From Macrostomum lignano (taxonomy: Eukaryota), in NCBI GenBank assembly GCA_002269645.1, contig NIVC01000129.1, forward strand, positions 604,755-668,754: 64,000 bases of DNA, in the 5' to 3' direction. Of the stretch, positions 1 through 13,300 are shown one piece after another (positions within the stretch are counted from its first letter, which is position 1; every line of letters starts with the position of its first letter). The position numbers and the translations under genes are program-made. The notes beneath the pieces were generated by a model. That model searched no databases, was not told the origin of the DNA, and saw only the letters and a program-made list of their open reading frames with translations.

Positions 1-96
1 GTCTGTTTTAGTGCAGGTTCCGTTTTTAGTTTTGAGATTCGAAATTTTTAATTGAAGAAATACAGAGATGAGAAAGCTTGAGATTAGAAAAATTCT

Positions 97-1770
97 TAAA
101 TTTCAAGGTATCTGGATCGGTAAGTTTCTGGATTAAGAATTTTCTGGATTAAGAATTTTCTGGATTAAGAATTTTCTGGATTTAGAATTTTCTGGATTGG
201 GAAGTATCTGGATTGGGAATTTTCTGGATTGGGGAGCATCTGGATTGGGAATTTTCTGGATTGGGAAGCATCTGGATTGGGAATTTTCTGGATTGGGGAG
301 TATCTGGATTGGGATTTTGGGAATTTTCTGGATTGGGAAGTATCTGGATTGGGAATTTTCTGGATTGGGAAGTATCTGGATTGCGAAGTTACTGGATTGG
401 GAAGTATCTGGATTAGGAAGTATCTGGATTGGGAATTTTCTGGATTGGGAAGTATCTGGATTGGGAAGTATCTGGATTGAGAATTTTCTGGATTGGGAAG
501 TATCTGGATTGGTAAGTATCTGGATTGAGAATTTTCTGGATTCGGAAGTATCTGGATTGGGAAGTTTCTGGATTGGGAATTTTCAGGATTGGGAATTTTC
601 TGGATTCGGAAGTATCTGGATTGGGATTTTGGGAATTTTCTGGATTGGGAAGCATCTGGATTGGGAAGTATCTGGATTGAGAATTATCTGGATTGGGAAG
701 TATCTGGATTGGGAAGTATCTGGATTGGGAAGTATCTGGATTGAGAATTTTCTGGATTGGGAATTTTCTGGATTGGGAAGTATCTGGATTGGGAATTTTC
801 TGGATTGGGAAGCATCTGGATTGAGAATTTTCTGGATTGGGAAGTATCCGGATTGGGAAGTTACTGGATTGGGAATTTTCTGGATTGGGAAGTATCTGGA
901 TTGGGAAGTATCTGGATTGGGAAGTATCTGGATTGGGAAGTATCTGGATTGGGAAGTATCTGGATTGAGAATTTTCTGGATTGGGAATTTTCTGGATTGG
1001 GAAGTATCTGGATTGGGAATTTTCTGGATTGGGAAGCATCTGGATTGAGAATTTTCTGGATTGGGAAGTATCCGGATTGGGAAGTTACTGGATTGGGAAG
1101 TATCTGGATTGGGAATTTTCTGGATTGGGAATTTTCTGGATTGGGAAGTATCTGGATTGGGAAGTATCTGGATTGGGAAGTATCTGGATTGGGAAGTATC
1201 TGGATTGGGAAGTATCTGGATTGAGAATTTTCTGGATTGGGAATTTTCTGGATTGGGAAGTATCTGGATTGGGAATTTTCTGGATTGGGAAGCATCTGGA
1301 TTGAGAATTTTCTGGATTGGGAAGTATCCGGATTGGGAAGTTACTGGATTGGGAAGTATCTGGATTGGGAAGTATCTGGATTGGGAAGTATCTGGATTGA
1401 GAATTTTCTGGATTGGGAAGTATCTGGATTGGGAAGTATCTGGATTGGGAAGTATCTGGATTGGGAAGTATCTGGATTGAGAATTTTCTGGATTGGGAAG
1501 TATCTGGATTGGGAAGTTACTGGATTGGGAAGTATCTGGATTGGGAAGTATCTGGATTGAGAATTTTCTGGATTCGGAAGTATCTGGATTGGGAAGTTTC
1601 TGGATTGGGAAGTATCTGGATTGGGAAGTATCTGGATTGGGAAGTATCTGGATTGGGAAGTATCTGGATTGAGAATTTTCTGGATTGGGAAGTTTCTGGA
1701 TTGGGAAGTTTCTGGATTGGGAAGTTTCTGGATTGGGAATTTACTAGATTGGGAATTATCTGGGATAATA
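97..1770. repeat. 16-bp minisatellite (TCTGGATTGGGAAGTA / TCTGGATTGAGAATTT variants), about 100 units, in calpain intron 2
   Basis: Directly visible tandem array; ORFs 197-1784 are repeat translations. Confidence 0.97.
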
Positions 1771-2303
1771 TGTTTCGGAATTAGATCGTCTAAATTCTAA
1801 GCAGTATTAGATTTTCATAAATATTGCCTGTTTCAGAATAAAACAAAACTTTGAAAATTTCAGTCATGGGAATAGGTATACTCGTAGAGAAGAAAGGGCT
1901 TCCCTGTACGCAAGGCATACTCGTGTCTGCAATTTAGGAGATCCTCATTGTGAACAGTGGCAGATAAAATTGATTATCAATATTATTATTAACAATCAAG
2001 AATTTATTGTGAGCTTGTGTAAGTCAGCTATACATGTAGGACCACACTGCACGGCGTTGTCAATGTACATTCACTCTGTAGTTGTTGAAATTTAAATTTC
2101 TAGCCAACTTAGTTTAGAAGAATAGAAAGCCAGTTGGGTCAAACAATTTTCAACTGGATGCAACTTTGCAAATTTTGTTGTAAATTGTTTTAAACATATA
2201 GGTTTGCATATTATAACTGCTTTCAATTGCATGTTGGAATTCGTCAATGTTATTTGAGTTGAGCTCAATCTACACGTCAGAGTTTGGAGGGGCAGCCACT
2301 CAC

Positions 2304-3762
2304 CCAGTTTTCCTTGGTTAACGTCAAACCGACTGGCGCCTCCGACGAAGAATTTTGGATTTTTACAGATTTCCTGAAAATTGGGTCTGAATTGAGTGAG
2401 CTCATGCGTACTTGAGTATACGAGTGAGTGACTGAGTGACTGAGTTTACAAGTGAGTAAGTTCATTGGTGAGATCATGAGTGAGATCATGCGTGAGATCA
2501 TGAGTGAGATCATGATTGAGATCATGAGTGAGATAATGAGTGAGATAATGAGTGAGATCATGAGTGAGATCATGAGTGAGATCATGAGTGAGATCATGAG
2601 TGAGATCATGAGTGAGATCATGAGTAAGATCATGAGTAAGATCATGAGTGAGATCATGAGTGAGATCATGAGTGAGATAATGAGTGAGATAATGAGTGAG
2701 ATCATGAGTGAGATCATGAGTGAGATCATGAGTAAGATCATGAGTGAGATCATGAGTGAGATAATGAGTGAGATCATGAGTGAGATCATGAGTGAGATCA
2801 TGAGTAAGATCATGAGTGAGATAATGAGTGAGATAATGAGTGAGATCATGAGTGAGATCATGAGTGAGATCAGATCATGATTGAGATCATGAGTAAGATC
2901 ATGAGTGGATCATGAGTGAGATCATGAGTGAAATAATGAGAGAGATCATGGGTAAGGTCATAAGCGAGATCAAGAGTGGGAGCACAAGTGTGCCTTTATC
3001 GGTGATAATATCTTAGCGAGTTCACGAGTTCAGGAGAGGAAAGCTTGAATACTGGTATACTCAGTAACACAGAAAGTTTTCTTCCAGTCCATAAAAGTTA
3101 AAACTGAATTTAGCAAATGGGTGGCTTCTGATTCAATTTTGTTGACAGAACTAGATTTCTGTTATTTTTGCCGGGTATATTCTGTCTCATTTTATAAGCT
3201 AACTCTACTTCAGCCCAACAGCAAACACGTGATTTACAACTCTTAACTTCCAACCAGTCTCAGTAGCCTTGTGCATTCCCTGTACACGAAATCTACGGTT
3301 TCGCTCGCACCTGCTCTAAAAAGCTGTGTATGTACACTGATTGCCCTGAGTACACTTTAACCATGTGCCACAAGCACCACCACCCCATTTCTCTGATTGG
3401 TTATTAGCTAACAGACCGTATGTCAGCTGCTTATAAAAGTACATTCATCACTTTCAGTGTTGACTTACAGATTCGCCTTCAAATTTTCCAGAATTTCTAT
3501 TTGACGTATCAACTTTTTACGTTGTTAACAAAAACCTTCTTTATAAATTACGTCATTTATCAATCATAAAAACAGACATATAATAAAAGCTTACATGGGG
3601 CCGTTTCCATGCGTGGTTCACTTTGCGCGTGTAGTATATGTTGGATGACTCGGCGGGAAAGTCCTGATCTTCGAACAGCTGATCCTTTGCCAGGAGCTCT
3701 GATTTTAGAGCAGTGATTTTGTCCTCGGTTACAATGCTGCTTCCCAACAGCTGCTCAGCCAT
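2304..3762 (-). CDS. Calpain (CysPc catalytic domain), first two coding exons; gene continues left of the window
   Basis: Exon 1 3762-3595 (56 codons, ...LFEDQDFPAESSNIYY...WKRPH, donor GTAAGC, phase 0). Exon 2 2373-2304 (acceptor TTTTCAG, EICKNPKFFVGGASRFDVNQGKL-G, donor GTGAGT). Matches calpain motifs FEDxxFP, WKRP and GASRFDxxQGxLG just before the catalytic DCW, which was not found in the window. Confidence 0.92.
2463..2960. repeat. 12-bp minisatellite (ATCATGAGTGAG), about 40 units, in calpain intron 1
   Basis: Directly visible; ORFs 2277-2861 and 2452-2880 are repeat translations. Confidence 0.97.
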
Positions 3763-4993
3763 GGCTAATTTAATGGGCGTTTGTACCTGCGTTTTATTGA
3801 TGATGGCGTGATAGGGAGCCAGTTTTAATGAGTTTTAATTTAACATAAAACATTTACTAGTGCAGAGCACAATCATAAGAATACGAAAAAGTTTGATTTG
3901 TATCTTTATTGCTTCATATGATTTCCCGTTAATTATTTAAACATATAATGGAAAACATTAACTAAATAATAATCACCTTCTTTAGGCTGACGCGCTGTCT
4001 TGTGTCAGAATACCAAATCCGTACGTTCCCGATACGTATACGTATTGCTTTTTAGAGCTTGTCTGGTAGCTTTGATACACTAACTCATTGATTTATTTTT
4101 TAAAAAGTTAAAAATAATTAAAGAATACACAACCAAACATATTTCTGTTGTCTATTATTGGTACCTACTTTTGAACACAATTTTTAATAGTCAGTAATAA
4201 CTATTCGGGGACAAAACGAGCGAAATAAGTATTTAGTTATAAAGTTAAAATTTACGGATTTACGTATATTAAGTTGCTATCGCTCGTATAGTTTAGTTTC
4301 GAGAGCGATCGCCTCAGGTATTGTGCTCAGGTGCTTATATTTCAATATAGCAATATTCCACTGAAATGTAACGAATGACTCATCACTACTTGATTACAAT
4401 GCCCATGGAAAAACATTCCAAAACTTAGCCAGTTAATTGTATAATGTTTGGTCGGAATCTTTGGGCTGCATCTTCATAGCCTGCATGCATCGATCGCATC
4501 AGATAAAGCCTGACTTTATCCCAAAACTTTTCCCAAAAAGTTGTCTATTGATCATATGGGGCGTTGCATGGCTTCCCCTTTTCGATGGCTTCCTCGCAGA
4601 GTCGATAAAAGCTGGAGCTGCAGTAGAGCTTCCGCTAGCTAGTGTGTGCTCAGCCTCCTCAGCGTTCCTTTCTCTTTCTTAGTCTACCATAGAAAATGGT
4701 AATGCATCTGCGCAATGCAGTGATCAACAGGGCTATCTGAGAAAAGCAACCCTGCAACTTGTTCCTAGTTGTTTAACCCCCCCCCCCACACACACACACC
4801 GGGATCTGTAGAAGTTCAGCAACGTTCAGGCAGAAACAGCAATGTTGGTAGCGACAACGGAAGCTGTGAATGCTGAGCGAAAGGCTTAAAGGGAAATAAG
4901 ACAGTTAGTCAGTCAACAGAAGGCATGAATTTCTTTACTTACTTTACTTCACAGGCAGGGACAGTTTTCTTTGCTTCGGGAGGAAGCTACATG

Positions 4994-5056
4994 CATGGAC
5001 AACTAGAGTCCTACTACTACTAACTCCTACTCCTACTACTACTCTAGTTGTCCATG
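4994..5056. mobile_element. 63-bp hAT-like micro-MITE
   Basis: Perfect 16-bp TIR CATGGACAACTAGAGT (4994-5009) / ACTCTAGTTGTCCATG (5041-5056), a 31-nt CTA-rich loop, and a perfect 8-bp direct repeat GCTACATG on both sides (4986-4993, 5057-5064). Confidence 0.7.
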
Positions 5057-5810
5057 GCTACATGTACATGCGTGTGCATCCGGTCGGAAGATTTGTTAGC
5101 TCAGTGGGCATTGCCCGTCACCTCTCAAGACAAGCGCACCGCGTGAGCTGGTGGTAAGTTAAAAAATTAAAAGCTTCCCAGGATTAGACGTAGATTTTTA
5201 AAAAGTGGAAATTTGATCCTGGGGTCCAGAAGCTAATGCTGCATCACTGGTTCTACCTTAAAAGGGCTCTAAATGTAGCTCCATCTCCTTTGGCTACATG
5301 CACTTGTTTCAAAAGTTATGGCTAAATATTTGACACATTGCAGGTTTCTGTCTTTTCTTGATTTGTCAATCAATCATAAGAGACAATCAGATAGAGGTTC
5401 ATGAGTAGTTACAAGCTCGCTGGATAACAAGCAAAGCTAAATTTACAAGACCAGAAAAAAATAAAGAAGATCAAGCTACTATAAAATTGTAAAAGTTACA
5501 ATTGACATGACAGAAAACTTTGACCGATGATGAGGACACTAAAACACCCAGAGTTATCTTTCCTGGGATATCATGTGATATCGATTTTAGCATTTATCTT
5601 GACTTTTCAAAATATAAAGACTCTTTTTTTCTGCCATTGCTTCAACCCGCAGAAAGAGTGCCAGAATGACGCGACAGCTATTGGGTTGCTTTCTCAATCC
5701 AATCATTGGTTTCTCCACGTGTTGCTAGGGAAACACAATAAGTTTAGAAACTGCAACATATAACGGCCGCAGCTAGAATTAACCCTTCTCAATACAGATC
5801 AACTTTTGGC

Positions 5811-8800
5811 ATGATGCAGCCACAGTACTTTAACTACCTGCTGTGGTCGCTTCTCATCGGCTGCCTCGGCTCATTTTGTTTCGGCTACAGGTGGGACTAC
5901 GTCAAGGTGCCGAACTACAAAGGCAGCGAGTACATCTTCCGTTACCCACTGAATAGCTACAACAATTTCCACGACTCAGAGTCATACACCACCTTCGCAG
6001 CAGACTGTCTATCACTGACGGAAAACACGCATCCGATTTTCGCCCCGCTCAACGACACAAGAGCAGTGGACGCCTTCACAAAATTGTTCGCAGAAAAGTG
6101 AGTCAACTTGGCTGATCTGATTCAAAACTCTAGAACGCATTGATATCAATGCTGATATCAAACGTGTGTAACATCAACACAGCGAGCTGCTTACAAACAT
6201 GTGCACTCGTAGAGTCATAAAAATTTGCGTAGCTACCTTGCATTTCAGCGCCACGCTGATGAACATACTAAAGGGTAGGCGGCTCTGCACCAACTGGACC
6301 TACCAGCCCTATCACTACACCGGAGGAGCCCCGGTGCCCTTGGCCTGGAACATGTTTGGGCCGAGTTTCACACCGCCAGCATCCCTGTGGGACAGCGCTT
6401 TAGTCGACGATAGGTGTAACTTAATTGCGCTAAAGCGAGCCTCGAATATGTTTCAGTACATCGCTGTGGATGTCAACACTGATATGTACCCAGTGTGCGA
6501 GTACTTTCCGCTGCGTAAGTTTTTAGTTCCTTTTTGCTTAATCAGTGGATTCTGTATCGATTGGGTCATCATAGGCCGCGACAATTTCTTTATTTTTAGT
6601 AATCCGGATGATTTGAATTGGCCTTTACGAAAGAAGATAGATAGAAAACTATAAATTGTGACGTCTATACATATTTTACGAGAATGCGACTTCACACTTT
6701 ATTAAGGGAATAAAAACCGTCCCCTTTCCCCTAGTGTCATTCCAGCCTAGTGTCAGTACAGTCGAGTGTCATTGCAGCCTAGTGTCATTGCAGCCTCAGT
6801 GTCAGTACAGTCTAGTGTCAGTACAGCCTAGTGTCAGTACAGTCGAGTGTCAGTACAGTCTAGTGTCAGTACAGTCGAGTGTCAGTACAGTCTAGTGTCA
6901 GTTCAGTCTAGTGTCAGTACAGTCGAGTGTCAAAATGTCTATACATGTACAAAGTAATTTCCTCACCCCGTCCCCCTACCTCGCAGCAAACGCCTCGGCA
7001 ATGGCCGGCTTTGCGTGCAGCCAAGCGAGCCTGGTTGCTACAGTGGACGGGGGCCCATCGGTAAATCAGAGCTACTGCGTTCACTCCACTCAGTTGCAGC
7101 CTGATAACGATTACAAGTACGACAACTACCGTCTGTTCTGCGAGAAAGGCGATGGACGGCCCGCTCAGGCGGAGAGCAGTGAGAAGAGAAGCAAGTTATG
7201 GTGAGAAAGTGTTTTTCAAACAGCAAAACATTTCTAGTATTCCTAGCAACGAATCAAACATATGAAGTAGTACACGCAGTTACATACGATCTTCTTAAAT
7301 GACTTCTAAGAAGCAGATGTCTGCCCAAACGTCCAGCTCATAAAATATTGCACTTAAAATTTTGTCAAGGAAATTTCTTAATGACTCAATTCTACCCGGA
7401 TCAAACGTGCAAAACGGAAAATACCTGATGCTGGCTCTCATGTTCGACACGGGAATGACAAACTGGAGGCATCAGTCCTTCTGTTTGCCTGGGACTCCGT
7501 GTCGGTCCAGCATCAACAGAGATATTCTTTCACAGTCTAAAACAAAAGGAGGCATTGTGTATTACAGCTGGGAAGGCAATGGGCCGAGAGAAGTTCGCAT
7601 ATTAGAATATAACAATAATTGCGCCGCGTTGTGCACAGGTTAGTTGACGCTTATATTGATATACTGTTACACACTGATGCAATAACAGCTGAGTATTGCA
7701 TCAGTCCGTAAGTCTGTCAGCTGAGCTAAAGTTGATTAGCTAAATCAACTTTGTGCTTCAGCCATGACCTGCCCAAGTCCGCACACTGACGACCAGCTGA
7801 CGGAGAGGCATCTCGTCTGCGCCTCCTGGAACAGCTCGCTCTCCGCTGCGGAGCTGCAGCTGAAGAAGCTGCCGTTTCACCACATTGAATACACTTGCGC
7901 TCCCAACTTTGTGTTCGTCGGTGCCGAGCAAAATAACAGCATTGTGAGGCGATGCACTCAGGTAAAACAGCTGAATGACGTTTACTACATTCAGGTAACA
8001 TGCTACATAAGTATTTCACGCGCCAATACTGTACACAAGCGCTATATCTCGTAGGATAAACTTAATGGGAGAAAAGTGGAAAAAGATCAAAACTTGTGCA
8101 TAGTCAAATGAGTTTCCATTATTATACCAAGCATTAGACTGAGCTAATTTTGTTGCCTGTGATTCAACAGGATGCCGTTTGGGACAGCGAAATCCCGACC
8201 TGCGTCTCGCTGCCGTGCACCCAGATGCCCGTCTACCCGAATGACACCGCAACTATCACCAGCTTCACCACAAAGGGCGTCACCTACAACAGCACTGATA
8301 GCCAGCTGCTGACGCACCTCTTGTCGAACGGAACATTCCGACCCGGGGACGAAATCCACATCTCCTGTGAATCCGGTCTCACAGGCTCCAGCCAGACCGC
8401 CTCCTGCATGCCTGGCGGCAGCTGGAGCCCCGTCACCATGGACTGCAGCCCCGGATACTGCGGCGGAGTCTCCGTCCCTCCGACCGTGGCCAACTCGCAG
8501 GCCAACGCCACCCTCGGAAACACCTCCTGGGAGGGCGCCAGCCTCGCCTTCACCTGCAACACAAACTACAGCGTCGGCGGCCTGCCCAACGGATCTGTCA
8601 GCTTCGTCATCAGCTGCATCAACAGCAGCTGGACCTCGTTCACCCACCTGAACTGCCGACCGACCGCCTGCTCGAGTCTGCCGCCGGGACTGGGAAACTC
8701 CAGCCTGTACAGCTCGCTGAACCTCGAGCAGGAGCTGCAGACGGGTCTGCCGGCTTCCGGAGTGCAGGTCGACGACAGCCTCAGCTACGAGTGCCGGCCC

Positions 8801-10303
8801 GGCTTCGTTCGGACGACGCAGAACCGGCGGTTGAGCATCTTCTGCAGGCTGGGAGACCGCTGGGAGCCGGACGTTCCCGGTCCGTGCGAGCTGCTCAACT
8901 GCTCACAGCCGGATGCCGTCGTGCTGCAGCCTCAGGCCGCTCGCATGACCGTCATCAATGCATCGTTCAACTTTGCTAACAGCTCGCACCTGCCCTACAC
9001 AAGTTTGGTGCGGCTGAGCTGCGAGGAGCCGTACTTTGCCATGCCGGGCAGCAGCGAGCTGGCCGTGTGCGGACTGTCAGACGGAGATCCGCCTGCGGCA
9101 GTGTGGCGCAGCGTCGGCTCAAATGTGGCCTTCAGCTGCCGCAGTGAGTAGCTTGTCATTATTGCTTCTAATTTGTGACTTGAAGTGGTCGTTTGGAAAA
9201 GAATGCACACCAATCTTGGCAATCTCGTTCTAGATACCGGTATATAATTATTCAATGAATTACAGTCTTTTTCAATAAAAAGCCATCTCTGAACCTCTTG
9301 CAGAGCACTGCAACAACAGTCTCTTGGTGCATCTGGTGGGATTCGGACTGGTCGACTTCCACACCAGCTCCTACACGGATCCCGACCGAGTCGCCAACGT
9401 CACCTGTTTTTCGAGCGCCTTCGCTCCGCTGGCGGCGAACGTCAGTCTACAGAGCGACTCGCAGTTCCTCCTACAGGCGGTCTGCACTGCCGGTGACTGG
9501 ACGGTGCTCAACCAGCTGCTGCTGCCGACATCGGAGACTCTGTGCCAGCCGAAGCCCTGTCTGTTTCCTACCAACCTGACTCGATCTACAGCCGTGCCCA
9601 GCAACAACTTGGGAAACGTGACTACGGGAGACGGTCAGGTGTACCTGCCAGTGAACAGCACCGTGGAAGTGAGGTGCTGGCCCAACAGCCGGTTTGTAGA
9701 CGCGTACGCGAGCTCTCGGACGGCGACATGCGATATAGGTCTGGCTTGAGCATTTCACGACATCAATTAGTTACTCGTAGATCTTGCAGTTTAAGTCAAG
9801 GTGCACATTAGGAGAATAACGAAAACTTAGGCAGTCAGTCAGTCAGCCAGAGAAGGATTTGTCATTCAATTATATTTTGTTTATGCTTTGGCAGATCCGT
9901 ACATAGATTGTACCAGAATCCTACCGGTTGGATCAGCGCCTTATAAAGATTACTAGATGCTCAACTGAAAAGTATGCTAAAGAATGCTAGAGATCTGTGC
10001 CACCATACCACCATTTAATCTTGCCAGGCCCTCAGTGGAGCATCGGCGGCTCCATGAACTGCCAGCCGGTCGTCTGTCCTGACCGAGACTTCGGTCCCGG
10101 GATCGAATCCAGCGTGCTGGTTGGTCCTCTGAACGCCTCCTCTCCGGCGGAGACTGCGACAGGGCCGTTCCTCATCGGAGACCAGGTGGCCTTCGCGTGC
10201 CGGGAGAACGCCTCTTCTCCTGGCTTAGTTTTGCTCAACTGCACCGCTGGGCCGAACTTCACCGCCGTCTGGCGACCAAACTTTGAGCAGCTCTACTGCA
10301 CAG
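5811..10303 (+). CDS. Secreted-type protein: signal peptide + 2 divergent C-type-lectin-like domains + about 8 CCP/sushi modules (copy A); 3' end unresolved
   Basis: Phase-compatible exons 5811-6097, 6249-6514, 6987-7200, 7370-7638, 7762-7961, 8171-9143, 9304-9738, 10028-10303, all GT-AG. CCP signatures (YxC..F...C...W....C, e.g. YECRPGF...CRLGDRWEPDVPGPC), hydrophobic leader, many NxS/T sequons. The lectin call rests on weaker motifs (FAADC..., W..G, YPVCEY). Confidence 0.85.
6733..6931. repeat. 16-bp minisatellite (AGTGTCAGTACAGTCT/G) in intron 2 of copy A
   Basis: About 12 visible units. Confidence 0.95.
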
Positions 10304-13300
10304 GTGAGCACTTTTCTATGAGTTCGATGGGGATTTTTCGGGGCTAATGGTGGTAAAAAGATCGAAAAAATTTAAGAATCGCTCTTCAGTAGCGAGGTAG
10401 GGTTTTTTATTCCTAACCTCAACTTTTAAGGATGAATGGTTCTACATAGTGGCTACGATCTCTTTTGTCACCACTGGTCCTTGAGTGATTTACCTGTGGC
10501 TTTTTGTTTTTCCGAGGTGGAGCTTTGGAGTTTTGGATCGGGTAAGTTTAGCAGAGTAAGTACCAAACTCACCCCTCGTACCATTCAGCGAATGCTTTGA
10601 ATAGCTTCGTCGATGCTGCAGGCAGCCAAGATGCTTATTTATGATATTTTCAATTTTTGTTACAGTTGGTTGAGTCTGTTTTTTCTCAGAAATGTTCCTT
10701 GTTTCGTTTGAATATCAGACGTGATTTATCTTTTTTCAATTTCTAATAATACTCGAAAGGCAAGCGCATTGTAAATGATAAAATATTTCGAATTAATTTT
10801 TTTTATCTGATAAAGCAAATTTCTTAGAGAACCACTTATTTCTTTGTACTTTCCACTCAATTCAGGTTTTGTCATTATTTCAATGGTTTTTGCTAGAATT
10901 GTTTAATCAACCTACTTATTAGTAGCATAGTTGCGCAATGGTTGCATAGTGTTTAAAATATTGTTTGCAGAATTATAAGAAACGCTTAATTTTGTCTTGT
11001 CTTGGTGCATTTGAAAAATAGACGTAACAAAGCAGCAGTAAAATGCATACTTTTATGTTATCTATTCTTCGATACTTCCCAGAAAGTCTTAATTACTTTG
11101 CATGGGTGAACCCACTGACTGACTGACTGACTGACTGACTGACTGACTGACTGTGACTGTGAATGAGGTGAGGTGAGGTGAGGTGAGGTGAGGCAACGGA
11201 GGCGTGAATGAGCTGAACCGAAGAGACGGATGGTGTCAATTGCTTACTAGCATTGCTGAAGCGGAACTCCACGCTTTTCGAGCGCATGCAGCCAAAGAAT
11301 CGATTTGCTCGCGAACCGTGGGGAATTGGGAGAAGTTGCCAGACTCCTGTCTTCACACGTAAATGCATACTATGCACACAAGTTCAACTCGAAACATGAG
11401 CAGGCAAACACGCTGGTATCGCACGAGCGTAAATACTTCAAGTATGTAGCTTGAATGTACTTTTAAGTGACGTTTTTTATTTGATACTTAAGGTAGCAAT
11501 TGAAGAAACAGGAAGAAATGGTCAGTAACAAACAGTGGCAAAAAAATCTGCTGAACAAAATCACAGTTCGAGACTATCGCAGCAAATTTAAATCGATATT
11601 GAGAGACAGAGAGTTAAAATAAAATCTTTTCTTACTTTTAAAAACGGCGGACTAAAGTCTGTTTAATAAATAGTCAGAAGTACTGTCATACCGTCATACA
11701 CAAGAGAGGCACAGATGTCCGTGATGTCAGCCTAAGTCTAATAACGTCTAGCTCGTATCTCTAGCAAAAAGGGCAACTCGTTCCAACTTACCAATGAAAA
11801 CTTACCATATCTGGCAGTGTGCCAAGCCGCTAAATTTCATTCAGGCCTCCATAAAAGAAGAGACTTACCAGTGCAATACGGTCGGGTAGAATTCGACTGC
11901 CAGACGGCTGTGAAGTTCGGCCCAGCGGTGCAGTTGAGCAGCACTGAGCCCGGAGAAGACGCATTCTCCCGGCACACGAAGGCCACCTGGTCTCCGATGA
12001 GGTACGGCCCGGTTGCCGTCTCGGCCAGGGCGAAAGCGTTTAGAGGGCCGGCCAGCACGCTGGGATCGATCCCGGGACCGAAGTGGCTGTCCGGACAGAC
12101 GACCAACTGGCAGTTCATGGAGCCGCCGGCGCTCCACTGGGGGCCTGGATTTAAAAATGAAAATGTTGGCTCACGTGGCCGCATTTCAGTTTGTCAAGAC
12201 TGGGATAACCCAGACACGGAAATCGCGGGTAGTTATAACGTAAATTTGCAACTCTCGTCATAAACTAGGAGCCTTCACGACCATAAAAATTTGAAGGACT
12301 TTTAGCAGTAGAGCATCAAATTTCATCGTCTGAGCACACGTACGCCGTGATAAAACAAAGTAACTGATAATTAGACGAAAAATCCTACAGCTATTATAAG
12401 CAACATGCATTATCAGTCAGAGAACATACCTAAAACACAAGTAGCCGTCCGGGAGCTCGCGTACGCGTCTACAAACCGGCAGTTGGGCCAGCACCTCACT
12501 TCCACGGTGCTGTTCACTGGCAGGTACACCTGACCGTCTCCCGTAGTCACGTTTCCCAGGTTGTTGCTGGGCACGGCTGTAGATCGAGTCAGGTTGGTAG
12601 GTAACAGACAGGGCTTCGGCTGGCACAGAGTCTCCGATGTCGGCAGCAGCAGCTGCCGGAGCACCGTCCAGTCACCGGCGGTGCAGACCGCCTGTAGGAG
12701 GAACTGCGAGTCGTTCTGTAGACTGACGTTCGCCGCCAGCGGAGCGAAGGCGTTCGAAAAACAGGTGATGTTGGCGACTCGGTCGGGATCCGTGTAGGAG
12801 CTGGTGGGGAAGTCGACCAGTCCGAATCCAACCAGATGCGCCAAGAGACTTGTTGCAGTGCTCTGCAAGAGGTTCAGAGATGGCTTTTTATTGAAAAAGA
12901 CTGTAGTTCATTGAATAATTATATACCGGTATCTAGAACGAGATTGCCAAGATTGGTGTGTCTTCTTTTCCAAACGACCACTTCAAGTCACAAATTAGAA
13001 GCATCGTGAAAAGCTACTCACTGCGGCAGCTGAAGGCCACATTTGAGCCGACGCTGCGCCACACTGCCGCAGGCGGATCTCCGTCTGACAGTCCGCACAC
13101 GGCCAGCTCGCTGCTGCCCGGCATGGCAAAGTACGGCTCCTCGCAGCTCAGCCGCACCAAACTTGTGTAGGGCAGGTGCGAGCTGTTAGCAAAGTTGAAC
13201 GATGCATTGATGACGGTCATGCGAGCGGCCTGAGGCTGCAGCACGACGGCATCCGGCTGTGAGCAGTTGAGCAGCTCGCACGGACCGGGAACGTCCGGCT

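Noticed and set aside
197-2880. Long ORFs over 197-1784 and 2277-2880 (WIG/LDWE and SLMI/MSEI repeats)
   Set aside because: Translations of 16-bp and 12-bp minisatellites lying in calpain introns; open in several frames and on both strands.
3395-3460. ATTGG + TATAAAAG + TCAGT spaced like a plus-strand Pol II promoter antisense within calpain intron 1
   Set aside because: Short motifs in AT-rich DNA with no downstream exon or ORF; cannot be supported without TSS data.
11255-11365. AELHAFRAHAAKESICSRTVGNWEKLP, resembling a LINE ORF2 C-terminus (..SF..RT...WN.LP)
   Set aside because: Too short and degenerate to call without a search.
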